From the NCBI GenBank assembly GCA_030704615.1, contig CM060731.1, positions 85,126,001 to 85,190,000 of the forward strand: a DNA stretch of 64,000 bases. The letters run 5' to 3'. The notes under the pieces were generated by a model that did no database searches, was not told the origin of the DNA, and saw only the letters and a program-made list of their open reading frames with translations. Position numbers and translations under genes: made by a program. Positions 11,121 to 22,825 of this stretch are shown piece after piece (the stretch's first letter is position 1; each line of letters starts with the position of its first letter). Source of the stretch: Takakia lepidozioides. Its lineage: Eukaryota; Plantae; Bryophyta.

Positions 11121-14100
11121 TTAATCTTGAAAATCATCACTATCGTCGTCCTGTCCTTGACTGTCCTGCTCCGCCTCCACCCCATCATTGCCTTTCTCAT
11201 CTCCAGCGGACTGGTCGTTGGCCAGGCTTTCGAAAATCCCATCTTCACCTTGCGGAACTGACCATCTCACCTCCGTTGGCTCGTCGTCCTTCTTGTCTGC
11301 ATCGCTCTCATCCGCTGAATCACATATGAACTTTCGCACCCGTCTACCTGTCTCAGCTGTTGCCAACTCTTTCCTTATCCTTCTGTCCTCCCAAGCCCTC
11401 TCCAAAATCTGCTCTACTTTACTGGGATTCTCACATCGTCTAATCGCCGTATTTGCGAGTTTAGCTGCATAACGAGGAGGGAGTAGTCCTTCACCGGGCT
11501 CGTCATGAAGTCAGCCCTCGCAAAGAACGGGACATTCTTCCTGGCAGGAAGTATAGGCCCTACATGTTTCGACTCGGATCCTGGAATCCTGCACATAACA
11601 ATCACCAACGAGACCAATGAGAACCAGAGATCCGGAAATGCGTTTGACAAAAAATCACCCAGAAGGCTTTGCAAACTTACAATGTTTGCACTCACTCGTA
11701 TTCCGGGTTCTCCTCGGCATCAATGTCCACTGTCTCTTCCTCCGACTCCGACGAATCCGAGGAGTCCTTGGTTTCGATGGGAGCCTTCACATTCCGTTGC
11801 AGCCCTTCCAGATGGGATCCCCAGACAGATGTGTCCTCCTCGTAGGCAAAGAGGTGCCGGTCGGAAAACCGCCCAGCCCACATTGAGGCACCTGTTACAA
11901 TGCCATCCACAGATTATGACATGGCCCTTCAGATGTTGCGAATGAAAGCATAACGAGAATTTGCAGAATAGCATACAACAAGATTCAGCATACCTGTCCC
12001 ACAGATGAGGTCGAGCACTGTGCCCTCAACGTCAGTGCAGGTCTCCATAATTGTCTGAATGAAGGCAGGGCTCCGAGTCCGTGAATACCGCAGGGGTTCA
12101 GTTGAAGTGAGGCTATGAGGGAGAAGTTTCGTGGGAACGTTGTTGAACAGGACGTCGTAATCGATGGGGTCGCAGTTCGGGTCAACCAACAATCCCTCCT
12201 TCCGGAAAGCAAAGGTGAAGTTCTCCTTCACAAAGCAGTATGCATCGAACTGCTTCGTCTGCATACACAGTGGGGAACGATTAGAAATCGAATGCGGCAC
12301 CGCATTTCAAAACTCCTAAGAAAATGAAAGGACGAGTGCCAATGTCGTAATTACCTTCTTCCCTTCCAACCAAAGGCCCAATGTGTTGATGCACGTCCAC
12401 TTCTTCTTTAGAATTGGGACGGCGCTCTTGCGGGTCCACTTCGCAATTCCTGTCTGCGTGTTTTGCCTCTGCTCGCCAGGACAACCACACAGCCTCTGTT
12501 GTCCAACACCATGCGGGCGAGCCCGAATCCTTTCTTCCAAAAGTCCTCGGAGTACCTGTTCCAAGATGGCAAAGCTTGCAGTCCTTCCACAGGCTCTCCG
12601 TCCGGAATATCCAAGATGATCATATCGCAAGACCACTCGGTGGCATTTCCGCCCCTCCTGCAATCCTTGTCTGCACACACCCTCTCAAAGAACGAGACCA
12701 TCTTCAGAAACCCTGGGGTGTCGGAAGGCTCTTCGGCAGCCGCCTTCTTCAGTGCTGTGCCCTTCAGACCCTCCATGGTCTTCGTGTATGCCAACTTGGC
12801 TGCCCGTCCATCCAAAGCCGCCAAAAAACTCTCATTCACACACTGGACTACTGTATCGGGATCCACTTTCGGCCTCTTCATTTCCACCAGCTCGAAAGGG
12901 TGCCCCCCCGGGGGGTTGAAGAGTGTCTTCTTTGCCGAGCCAGTTCTCGTCCCTCTCGTGACAACGGTGGGCATAGGGGATTTCGGCTGCGTCTCGGGGA
13001 GTGGGCTGGTTGCAAAGTCTCCATCGGAGTCCTCTTCCTCACCCTCTACCTGCACTATCTGTTTCTGCTTCTTCGTTTTCTTGGGTGACACAACTGCTGC
13101 TCCTTGCTGGCGAGTCCGCTTCTTGGACCCCTTCTGTTGAGCCTGCACAGCTGCATCCACCGACTTCTGTGCCATCTCAGCTGCCTTTCTGGATTGTTCC
13201 AGAGCAGCAGCTTCCTTTGCCGACCCTGGCCGAGCAGGGACACGTCTTTCCTTTCTCTTCTCTTCTGCTTTCGCGTGCAGATCTTTCTCAGACTCGTCAA
13301 CAATTCCGCCAGACATGTCCAGGTACCACGGGCATCCAACCAGATGCGCAGCATGCCATTGTTTTTGCATCTCGGGTGTGTAGACACAGCTTGGGCCCGC
13401 CACGGTCCAAGCCATGAAGAATGGGGGCTCTTGAGCCAGGGCCCCTGTCTGAAGAAGCACGTATTTCATATACCTGCAGGGCAGTCAGCATGCGTGAGCA
13501 AAAATTGAGACCAACGTACTCGCAAGGTGCAACCGAAAACTTAAAATGCGAATGCGGTGCCGCATTTCCCAGACAAACCTCATAACCAGGCTTTGCATAC
13601 AAGGACAGCTGGGCTTCACCTGTAAACAATTCGCATTGCAGCTTTTCCAGCTCCCTCCTGATGTGTAAACTCCACGCTCCTTCTTGCTGTCTGCAGCTCC
13701 CTGGCGAAGAGGTTGTCCTTGTACGCACATCTGAAACGTGTCACGTAGTCTTCCAATGTTTGTGTTCCATCCCATTTGACGTACAAGCTGAACGAATTTG
13801 TATGCATTACGACTTGCTCCTTCGCATTCGTCATTACCTACGATTCCCGCATGCATTGTCACGTAGCAGTTCAGGGAATTCATTTCAGAAAAGCAAATAT
13901 GGGGAAGTACCTTGAATTACCTGGAACCACCAAGTCATGCGGTTGAGCCACACATCCACTGCAGGGTCGGAAACTTTGAGTGGAAAAGACCACATTGTCC
14001 TTATACTCTCCGATGCATTCCAGATCGACAGCCACCGTGTCTGCCATTTCCGATCCAATGTCAGGAGCAGGAAGAAGAGTGGCTATTGCTAGGAAGGAAC

Positions 14101-16055
14101 TTCAGTGCATTGAAACATCACCTTCTCTTTCGCTTCAACACATTCCGTTGAGAGGTGATGCAGTTTCTCCAACTGCATGGTCGGCTGCATGGCCCGAGAA
14201 TAGTGTTTTGCAATCTCGGGGATGAAGTCCTTTCCAAGTGCCGGATCTGCAATGGCCACCAGCTTCACAAGCTTTGACTTGTATTTCGTTCTGGACTTGA
14301 CCCTGGCTTCCTTCAAGTGCTCAGTCAATGACTGCAACGTTTTGACCTGCCCCTCACTTTCCATGAAGAAGCGTTTGGCATGGGCCAAATCCAGCTTGAT
14401 GTTTAACTGCCAACAAAAACATGCAGAAGCGTTACATTCGATTCATGTGGAAAGATTACTGGAAATTGGGGAAGGATGAGCAGAGGGAAATGGGAGGACG
14501 ACTTACTTTGTATATCACCTCCACCATTCCATCCATAGTGAGACGATACCATGTCCGGTCAATTTTTGCCACGGCTTTCTGAATGAGCTCGGGCTCCAGC
14601 ATTTCCGCAAACATGTGCGGATCAATGAGACCAGTTTTCCTTACCCTGTACAGCATATGTGCCATGTGGGTATGCACGTACGCATTTTCAGTGACCCTGC
14701 AAGGCACACTCTCCAGTTCAGTCCACGAAAGCACGGAAACAGAACAGATTGGAAACCGAAATGCGGCACCGCATTTCGAACGTGCTTGGGAGGGTATGAG
14801 TATCTTACGAGTTGAGGTCCGCCATGGCATTCTTGAGCAGGGAGGAGTCTGCCGCCTTCACCTTGAGGATGACACACTCCACCATGTAATGCCAGCCAAT
14901 GTGCTTGGCATGGTCCTGCTTGATGTACTCCCACCAGGCGAGAAGTCGGTGATTCCCGTCCCACACAAAGAACATTTTACCTAACATATGGCCGAAGTCT
15001 AGATCACCCTTCAGTGTTGCCTCGAATTCGTCGTTGCGAGTGTGCCAGTGGGTATCCCATGTTGACAATTCATCCGCAGTGGGTCCACGACATTCGCCGT
15101 CCTCATTCTCAAGGGAAACGTAGAAGACGGTACCCTTCTCGAAATGCGAACTTGAGCTTATCCACATCTCCGGGAAGTGTCTGCCTGACGATGGGAGGGG
15201 AGACCATGCAACAGAGTGGGATTCGAAGAGTCCACTGGAATATCCTGCTGCCCAGAACTCTGCCAATGCTACTATGTGTCTCCTCCAACATTGTATCCGC
15301 TGCACTTTGGAATTCCTCCGGAGACATTTTTGCTGGTGGCGGTAGGGGCTGAGCAACTGGAGCATCCCCAACTGGAGCTGCACTCTGGGGAATCTTTGCG
15401 GGCAATTCTGCAATTGCAAAGGCCTCCTCCGGGCCTTAAGTATTATGAAGATCTTCCTCAATAGTGGTCACGTCTTGCTGCGAACGTTGAGAGCACCCTC
15501 CTCCGGTACCACATCGACGAAATCGGTCGATCCCATTGCCTTCGCTGCAGCAGAGACGCCCCCAACATCACCAGGCTGGAAATCAAGCAGGAACTGGGCT
15601 TCAGCTCGTGGAATCGGTTTTGCGGGAGACTGCTCCACCCTCCCCCTGATTGCCTTGTGCTTCCTCATTCTTGCAGGTGAAGGTGTCTGCTGCAATTGAA
15701 TCTGCTTCATTCGCCTGGGTGGGGGGGAAACGGCCTGGTCCGGTTCAGAAACAAGTTGAAGGACGGGCTGCTTCTTCTTCGTCTTTGCAAGAGAAGGGCT
15801 AGACCCCTGCTGGCGATTCTCCATGACCTTCGAAGGCGAGTCGCTCTCTGGGGCTTTGAACTGCAAAGACTTGCCCTTGGAAGCCGCGTCCTTGAAACGC
15901 ACAGGGCTAGGCCCGGCAGGAAGACCCATGCTCGTGGATCGGCTGGGTGTGCGTGCTGCAGCTAGCTCCACGGACTCTGCCTGCGGCTCTTCGGATTCCT
16001 GCGATCCCTCCAGCATGTCCACCTTTCCGGTTAGGCATGCAAACATCTTCTGCAT
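11121..16055 (-). pseudogene. Multi-exon gene: low-complexity N-terminus, ParB/Srx-like domain, beta-class N6/N4 DNA methyltransferase, acidic tail
   Basis: ParB-like VRQTLPGDVDKLKF...FYVSL...FFVWDGNHRLLAW (14900-15230). MTase DMIILDIPDG (~12600), then RSPAFIQTIMETCTDVEGTVLDLICGT|GASMWAGRFSDRHLFAYEED joined across GT-AG intron 11892-11993. A few frameshifts. Confidence 0.75.
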
Positions 16056-16673
16056 TCAAGTCTCCTAGCATACAGTCTAAGAATTGCAGAAGAAAAATGA
16101 GGCGGGTTTCGGTGCTCGATCAGCTGACGAATCCCGATAGCACGGAGCTCTCACTGGTGGCTGGGTTGCCTGCGTGGCCTGATGCTGCAAGATGGCAATC
16201 TCCTCCTGTAGACGCATCTGCTTCTTCCCCTTCGGCATTGGCCTACGTCCGAAATACAATTTTCGGAGCTTGCGACGATGTGTCTTCTCTGGTGCACGCA
16301 CTCCCTCCCTCTCAGGTTCGAGCATAAGAAGAACAGAGACATGGAAAAGGGGCGAAGAGTGTAGATGGAAAGGGCGCGAGAGGGGTGACTGAGGAGACAC
16401 GACAAAAGAAGATGAAACGCGGTGATGCACCACTTGGGTTCGAAATGGTTGGACGAAAGTGTCTCCTCGTGGACTTTGCGTCATTACGAAATTCGAATCG
16501 TTCAGGGTACGCCAGCCGTCCGAAAAACAAACATCATTATCCAACGGTCAGGCCGCGCCGCCTCATGCCACTTCAGTCAGATAGACTGCAGACATGTGCC
16601 GCAATTCCGTTGCTCCACGTGTTCACATTTCAAGGCATTTCCGTCCCAGCGTCTGATGAGTTGGAGTGAAAAT

Positions 16674-18192
16674 GCAAATGTGGCGCCGCATTTCCGTTAA
16701 GTACCATCACGAAGCTACACATCCGTACTTGTTGGAAGAAAATGCGGCACCGCATTTCCGTTCCACCTTCACATATCTTAGTTGTTGAACAGAAATACGG
16801 TGTCGCATTTCCGTCCAACAGCTCCATGCCTGAGATACAAAAGGGAAATGCGGCGCCGCATTTCCGTTCTGGAATGTCCAAAGGTGCGATTCGGACGGAA
16901 TGCGGCACCGCATTTCACTTCCCGTGGTTCATGATTTCCAATCTGAACGGAAATGCGGTACCGCATTTCTGTTCCACCTTCACATACCTTAGTTGATGAA
17001 CGGAAATGCCGTGCCACATTTCCGTTCGGGAAAGTATAAAGGTCTCACTTGAACGGAAATGCGGTGCCGCATTTCCGGTCTGGAAAGTTTGAAGGTCTCA
17101 CATGGATGGAAATGCGGCACCGCATTTCCGTCCCACAGCTCCAGGCCTCATATACAAAACGGAAATGCGGCGCCGCATTTCCGTTCTGGAATGTCGGAAG
17201 GTGCGACTCGGACGGAAATGCGGTGCCGCATTTCAGTTCCGATGGTTCACGATTTTCAGTCAGAACGGAAATGCGGTAACGCATTTCCGTTCTAGAGAGT
17301 ATGAAGGTCTCAAACGGACGGAAATGCGGTGCTAAATTTTCGTCCATCCGCTCTATGCCTGAGATAGAAAACGGAAATGCGGCGCCGCATTTCTGATCTG
17401 GTATGTCGGAAGGTGCGACTCGGACGGAAATGCGGTGCCGCATTTCAGTTCCCGTTCTTCATAATTTTCAATCAGAACGGAAATGCGGTACCGCATTTCC
17501 GTTCGAGAGAGTATGAAGGTCTCAAACGGACGGAAATGCGGTGCAAAATTTTCGTCCCTCCGCTCCATGCCTGAGATAGAAAACGGAAATGCGGCGCCGC
17601 ATTTCCGATCTGGTATGTCGGAAGGTGCGACTCGGACGGAAATGCGGTGCTGCATTTCAGTTCCCGTTGTTCATAATTCTCAATCAGAACGGAAATGCGG
17701 TACCGCATTTCCGTTCTGGAGAGTATGAAGGTCTTAACCGGTCGGAAATGCGCTGCAGCATTTCCGTCACTCCGCTTCATGCCTCAGATACAAAACGGAA
17801 ATGCGGTGCCGCATTTCAGTTCCGATGGTTCACGATTTTTAGTCAGAACGGAAATGCGGTACCGCATTTCCGTTATGGAGAGTATGAAAGTCTCACCCGG
17901 ACAAAAATGCGGTGCAACATTTCTATCCCTCAGCTTCATGTGTCAGATACAAAACGGAAATGCGGCGCAGAATTTCCGTTCTGGAATGTCGGAAGGTGCG
18001 ACTCGGACGGAAATGCGGTACCGCATTTCCGTTCTGGAGAGTATAAATGTTTACCCCGGACGGAAACTCGGTGCCGCATTTCCGTCGCACTGGTGCATGA
18101 CTAAGATGCAAAACGGTAATGCGGCGTCGTATTTTCGTCCAGCAGCAATCGAAAGTATCACTCCGGACGGAAATGCGGAACCTCATTTCCGC
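16674..18192. repeat. Palindrome array 2: ~29 palindromes at 53-bp period, 212-bp higher-order unit
   Basis: Spacing is 53 bp in nearly all intervals from 16743 to 18120; four spacer types cycle (e.g. 17161, 17373, 17585). Confidence 0.95.
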
Positions 18193-18572
18193 ATGCGGAA
18201 CCTCAATGGGTTGCATTGTTCCGAAACAACACAATTGCGGCCTGTCTTTATGAGCACAACTTGGTTGTCTGACCGTTTTAACTAACTGTCCTGGCACTTG
18301 TCAGTGCGAATGTTCATGTCTGCACCGAGAATACTGCTGGATCCACCCTCAGGAGAAACTGTCAGGAGATGTTATTTCGTCGCCGAATCGGCCATCATTG
18401 TCATACTTACTGGCTATGGAATCACACCTCCCACGTTCATGCATGTAGCTTGAAACAATACTTTCCACTTCAATGTGCGACTTCCAATCATTGATGGACT
18501 CCGCAGATCCACTTACATGGTGCTTGTGAGCCTTGGTCTGTCACTATACTGAACCTTGCACTTGCCAACTTC

Positions 18573-20198
18573 GTGCGGTCTTCGATGGCTCCGAATTCCT
18601 ACGCTATAGTTTGCTGTCCTCCGCAACTTGGGAGAGCCTGGATCCCAAACGAGGGAGGACTTTGCAGAGTAATCGAAACTTACCTTTGTTCCAAATTCAA
18701 GCTCAAACCGGGCACAGTTTATTTGGAAGAAGAAAGGAAGGATGTTCCTGGACAGGTTGACGAGACCATTGTCGTGCTAGGTAACGACGGAGGTTGCGGA
18801 ATCGAATGGCACGTACCCCCATCAGACACCATCCTGTACCGAGCTGTGGGAATGCCCATTCCCTTTCCGAATCAGTTGCTGCCCACACCATCCATAAAGG
18901 AGTCCGGAAACCGACAGGCGGCCACTGCCAACAGAGAGGTATGCAATGATAATCATTCCCGACCTGGACCGTCAAGACCCTCCATAGCTTCTCGTGTGGA
19001 CGTATTTGACATTTCCGACAAGGAAGATGAGTGCATTGAGGTCCCCATGTCCTCCACACGGTCGTTCAAATCTGACATTGACGTCTCTGTAGGTGCTACG
19101 CATGTACCCTCGAGCATAACTCCAACCCGGTCCATTGTGCAGCTCCTACGGCAACATCACCTCGATGGTTCTCGCTCCGAGCTGGCTGCTCTCGACTATG
19201 CCAAATTTCCGGTCAGGAAGGTAACATATCTGTCTCCTGAAGTCGATGGCAATGTCATCTTCGAGTTTCCACCTGTTACTTCGTCAAACAAAGCCTCAGG
19301 GATGTTAACAGACATGGATCGAAAGCATGACGGACACCCCTGGTGTGTGACGAAGACCAGTAGCACGAAAATTGCTGATGGTGTTCGTGTACGATATGTC
19401 CTGTGTGCGGGGAAGCTGAGGTGCCTCAATCCCGCTTGCTTCCACTTTCTCTCCAAATGAGGGCGGAGAAACAAGACGGATTGGACTGGCACAACGCATC
19501 ATCCATTCATTGTCTCCAGCCAAGCTCCTGCGGGTACTTTCAAGTGCGCACATTGCAAAGAACCACCGACGTGCATGTCCATGTGCAGAGCCAAGCAATA
19601 TTACGTTATCCATTTGCTCCCGGACTTGACTAGAGCTTGCATACACGTTGGAGTCCACTGCCACCCCTTGGCGAGAGGCAACATGCGTGAGGCTATGCAG
19701 GAAGCACACGACATCATAAAAGAGGAGGTGAAATTGAGCCCCGGAGCCAAACCAAGCTGAAGGCAGCCCACAAGATTGCTCTTGGCAAAATCATGTCTGA
19801 AGATGGTTCAGACCGGGTGCCCTTGAATGAAGAGGAGATGCTTGACCTGTTGGAGTCCGTCTCACACGTTTGTAGTCCGAATGTGCGGAATCACATCGTA
19901 TCTTGCAAGCAGGAGTTCGGCCGGGGGTCGGACATGCACTCAATCCTGGAGGTGAAACGAATGACTGGATATGACTACATCCAAGGTAGCAAGTTTCCAG
20001 GGCAAGGCAGCAAATCCGATCGCTGTTACATTTTTAAAATGACTTGTGGGCCTGGGAGTGGAGTCGACTTGGTCACTCGCATGACAACTGGAAACTTGTC
20101 GAATGCTTGGGTGATGTTTGATCACATCAAGCGAATTACAAACCATCAGTGGGTAACTATGGGTGCGCATGTTTATGACTATCACTCCAAGAGGCTCA
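18573..20198 (+). pseudogene. GCM/WRKY-like Zn-finger plus N-terminal part of a MULE-like DDE transposase, truncated by LTR insertion
   Basis: DGHPWCVTKTS...CAGKLRCLNPAC...CAHCKEP...CRAKQYY...IHVGVHCHP; WVMFDHIKR...WVTMGAHVYD; stops at 19458 and 19758. Confidence 0.6.
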
Positions 20199-21158
20199 TG
20201 TCGCACGGCTTTTACTCACCCATCCCTTCGCTATTCGAGGCGAAAACTCCAAGATAGAAGAGTTGGAAATCTCTAAGTACTCAGCCCGCGCAGAACAATC
20301 AGTCATGACCTACAGCTAGTGTATCATGGGGGTGTTTCCTATTTGTTTCCCTTTTGGCATTCATGTTAGCTATCTTACCATTGATAATTAAGTATCAGTT
20401 TGCTTTATCAATCTATTGGATTCCATCAACTCATCCATTCATTCCACAGCTTCACTCAGATCTCTCTACACAGTGTGATTGTATCGTAAAAGTATCCGAT
20501 TATGATTTATCAGGTATCAGGCCGAAGCCATTGTATCTCTAATCTGCTCTACAATATCATTACAGCCTTGCATATATCAAGCATCTACTCATCATCTCTC
20601 TATCTTCACTTCCGTTCTTCATCTCTCCCCGATCCCCTCTCCTCCATCACCAAGAAGTCCCCCCTCAAATCCCCGCTTCTCCCTTTACCTTCCTACCCGT
20701 GGTTCTAACCGTTTCCCTCACTAACCGTCGTCTGTGAACTAATCATGTTCCCTTCGCAGGTGTTGTTCCCCACAGTCGTTCCCTGTCCTACTCTCTGTTC
20801 CCTATGATCGTGACAGCTGTGTCAAGCTGTGACTGGCTGTGTGAAACTGTGACGGGCTGTGACTGGCTGTGTGGCTGTGTCGGCTGTGATGGCTGTGTCG
20901 GCTGTGACGACTGTGACGGGCTGTGTTGGTTGTGTCGGCTGTGTCTGCTGTGACGACTATGACGGGCTGTGTTGGCTGTGTGGCTGTGTCGGCTGTGCCG
21001 GGCTGTGTCGGCTGTGACGACTGTGACGGGCTGTGTAACCCCCCTCTTCAGTGCGCTGCTGTCACCCCTAAGGCTCCTGTTGGTCTCAGTCTATGCAAAA
21101 ATTAAGGGTACCCTACAGATCCCGTATAAGTGTCTAAGTCCCCGACAGTCCTCTAACA
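20199..21158 (-). mobile_element. 3' LTR of a minus-strand LTR element
   Basis: TGTCG at 20199 interrupts the transposase; CGACA at 21147 or TAACA at 21158 closes it; polypurine tract on the minus strand at 21163-21175. Confidence 0.7.
20812..21036. repeat. GGCTGTG(AC/TC) minisatellite inside the LTR
   Basis: Same core motif as 2970-4110. Confidence 0.85.
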
Positions 21159-21196
21159 TTAACCCTTCCCCCCTCAAAAAGTCGTGTCCTCACGGT

Positions 21197-22825
21197 TTAC
21201 TGATTTCGATTAGCAAACCTTTGTGAGTGAGCACCTTTTTGACGTTGAGAGTTTCGTGGCGGACTGTGTGTACGAGCCCGAGGTCTGTCTCTTGTTGACG
21301 GAGATGGTTGATCACTACTTGGATAAGTGAGGCCCTCTGGAGGCTGATATCGAGGTAACCTTTCCGGCATAGGAGACCCCCGTCCCTTCTTCTCTGCCAT
21401 CTGAACTGCATAGTCTTCTCCCATGTCAAAAGAATTCGGTGAAGAAACAGTTGTATCAGAATCCTCATCGCCCCTCAGGTGTTTTAATTTTTGAACTTTT
21501 TGTGGAATCCTCTGGGGCATACAATGTTGTCCTACCATGTCTGGAAGTTTATATTTTACAACTTGGTGTAACCGCTGAACAGCAAAATTGGTGTAGACAC
21601 TAAGCTCCTTGTCTGTCCAGGTGAGTGGGGTACCAATTACTGGTGCAGCGTGCAAATATTTCCATGCCACATGTCCCTTATAGAAAATATCATCAATGCC
21701 GAATTTCTGTGTTGACAAATTGTTCCAGGCCGCTTGAAACCATGAACGAATTTGAGAATCCTTTTGCATCATAACTTTTGGGTCATATAGGTACATATGA
21801 GGTGGCACCGAAGGTAATACCCAATGATCTCCACTGGAATAACTCAGAAAGCGTGTTTGCATCTTTTGTTGCTCAATGTGATAACGTACCAGAAAACAAG
21901 CAGCGTAGTATAACCCGCATCCCATGACAATACTTGCTACCTCCTTGGTCTTGGTATAAATGAGTCCATGTACAACCTGGAAAGCAATTAATTCCCTCAA
22001 CATGGTACCTGCCTCGTGCCAGTACTGTGCAAAGTGATGATCCTCAATTGATCGATTGTTCGGAAGAACTTTAGTCCTAGTTGCCACTGGCAGCCAGATG
22101 CGCATGATTTGGTAGTAATGTGCGAATGACTGCGGAGGACTAAATTCTTTCCAAGCCAAATCCAACATGATGGGAATTTGGTTGAAGGGCATAATCATAG
22201 CCCTACTGTACTCCTTTGCAACTGGAGTTTTAGGTGGGTTAAAAGCAGCATTGCCCCATACCTCAGGCTGTGGTGGCTGTGGTGTGGTTGTAGTAACAAC
22301 AGGTTCAGCTACTGGTACAGTGACTTGTTGTGGTGTTGGTGGTACTGGCTCTTGTATCATTGGCATCTCCTGCACCTCCTGTGAAGACTGAAAAGCCAAA
22401 GTTTTGGCTTGTAAATAAGAAGCCATTAGCTGTTCCTGAGGGATATAGACTCTTTTGTCGATGTTTGAAGTGAGGTCCTCCACTTGAGTCTGCAGTCCGT
22501 CTACATCCTCCTGTAACTCTGCTATTCTACTATAGACATTGTCTATAGTAGTTGTGGCAATGTTCTGCACTTGTAGTCTGAGCTCATTCATCTCGCTTTG
22601 GGTGAGTTTTCGTGGTGCTTTGCCCTCTACTGGCCCTTGTGCTAACCAGACCTGCATAAGGCTGTTATCCACCAAGTTGCTTGTGGTTCCCTTGAGAGTT
22701 TGCTCCTCTCTTAGCTTGTACACTTCTAACTGCTGTTGTAAAGCCTCAATGCGCTTTGCCTGTAATTCATCCGGTATGGATAGAAAAAATTTATAGGGCG
22801 GGTGAAAACACTGTTTAGAATCCAT
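21197..22825 (-). CDS. Intact ~540-aa ORF of unknown function just upstream of the PPT (coiled-coil, Pro-rich linker, Arg/Ser-rich tail)
   Basis: Open frame 21197-22963 in the ORF track; first plausible ATG at 22825; stop lies ~20 bp from the PPT. Confidence 0.55.
   Translation of the reverse strand: MDSKQCFHPPYKFFLSIPDELQAKRIEALQQQLEVYKLREEQTLKGTTSNLVDNSLMQVWLAQGPVEGKAPRKLTQSEMNELRLQVQNIATTTIDNVYSRIAELQEDVDGLQTQVEDLTSNIDKRVYIPQEQLMASYLQAKTLAFQSSQEVQEMPMIQEPVPPTPQQVTVPVAEPVVTTTTPQPPQPEVWGNAAFNPPKTPVAKEYSRAMIMPFNQIPIMLDLAWKEFSPPQSFAHYYQIMRIWLPVATRTKVLPNNRSIEDHHFAQYWHEAGTMLRELIAFQVVHGLIYTKTKEVASIVMGCGLYYAACFLVRYHIEQQKMQTRFLSYSSGDHWVLPSVPPHMYLYDPKVMMQKDSQIRSWFQAAWNNLSTQKFGIDDIFYKGHVAWKYLHAAPVIGTPLTWTDKELSVYTNFAVQRLHQVVKYKLPDMVGQHCMPQRIPQKVQKLKHLRGDEDSDTTVSSPNSFDMGEDYAVQMAEKKGRGSPMPERLPRYQPPEGLTYPSSDQPSPSTRDRPRARTHSPPRNSQRQKGAHSQRFANRNQ

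Larger units (their letters stand above)
8871..20198. mobile_element. Large composite DNA element: unknown gene, palindrome array, ParB-MTase gene, palindrome array, GCM-like/MULE-like transposase
   Basis: Same palindrome throughout; 8871-11760 recurs inverted at ~54095-56417; right end cut by an LTR at 20199, left end at the gap. Confidence 0.7.

Noticed and set aside
11121-16055. Bacterial contamination as the source of the ParB-MTase
   Set aside because: The gene has GT-AG introns and is nested with plant TEs in two places
16674-18192. True CRISPR array
   Set aside because: Spacers recur in a 212-bp higher-order cycle, no cas genes are present, and the context is eukaryotic
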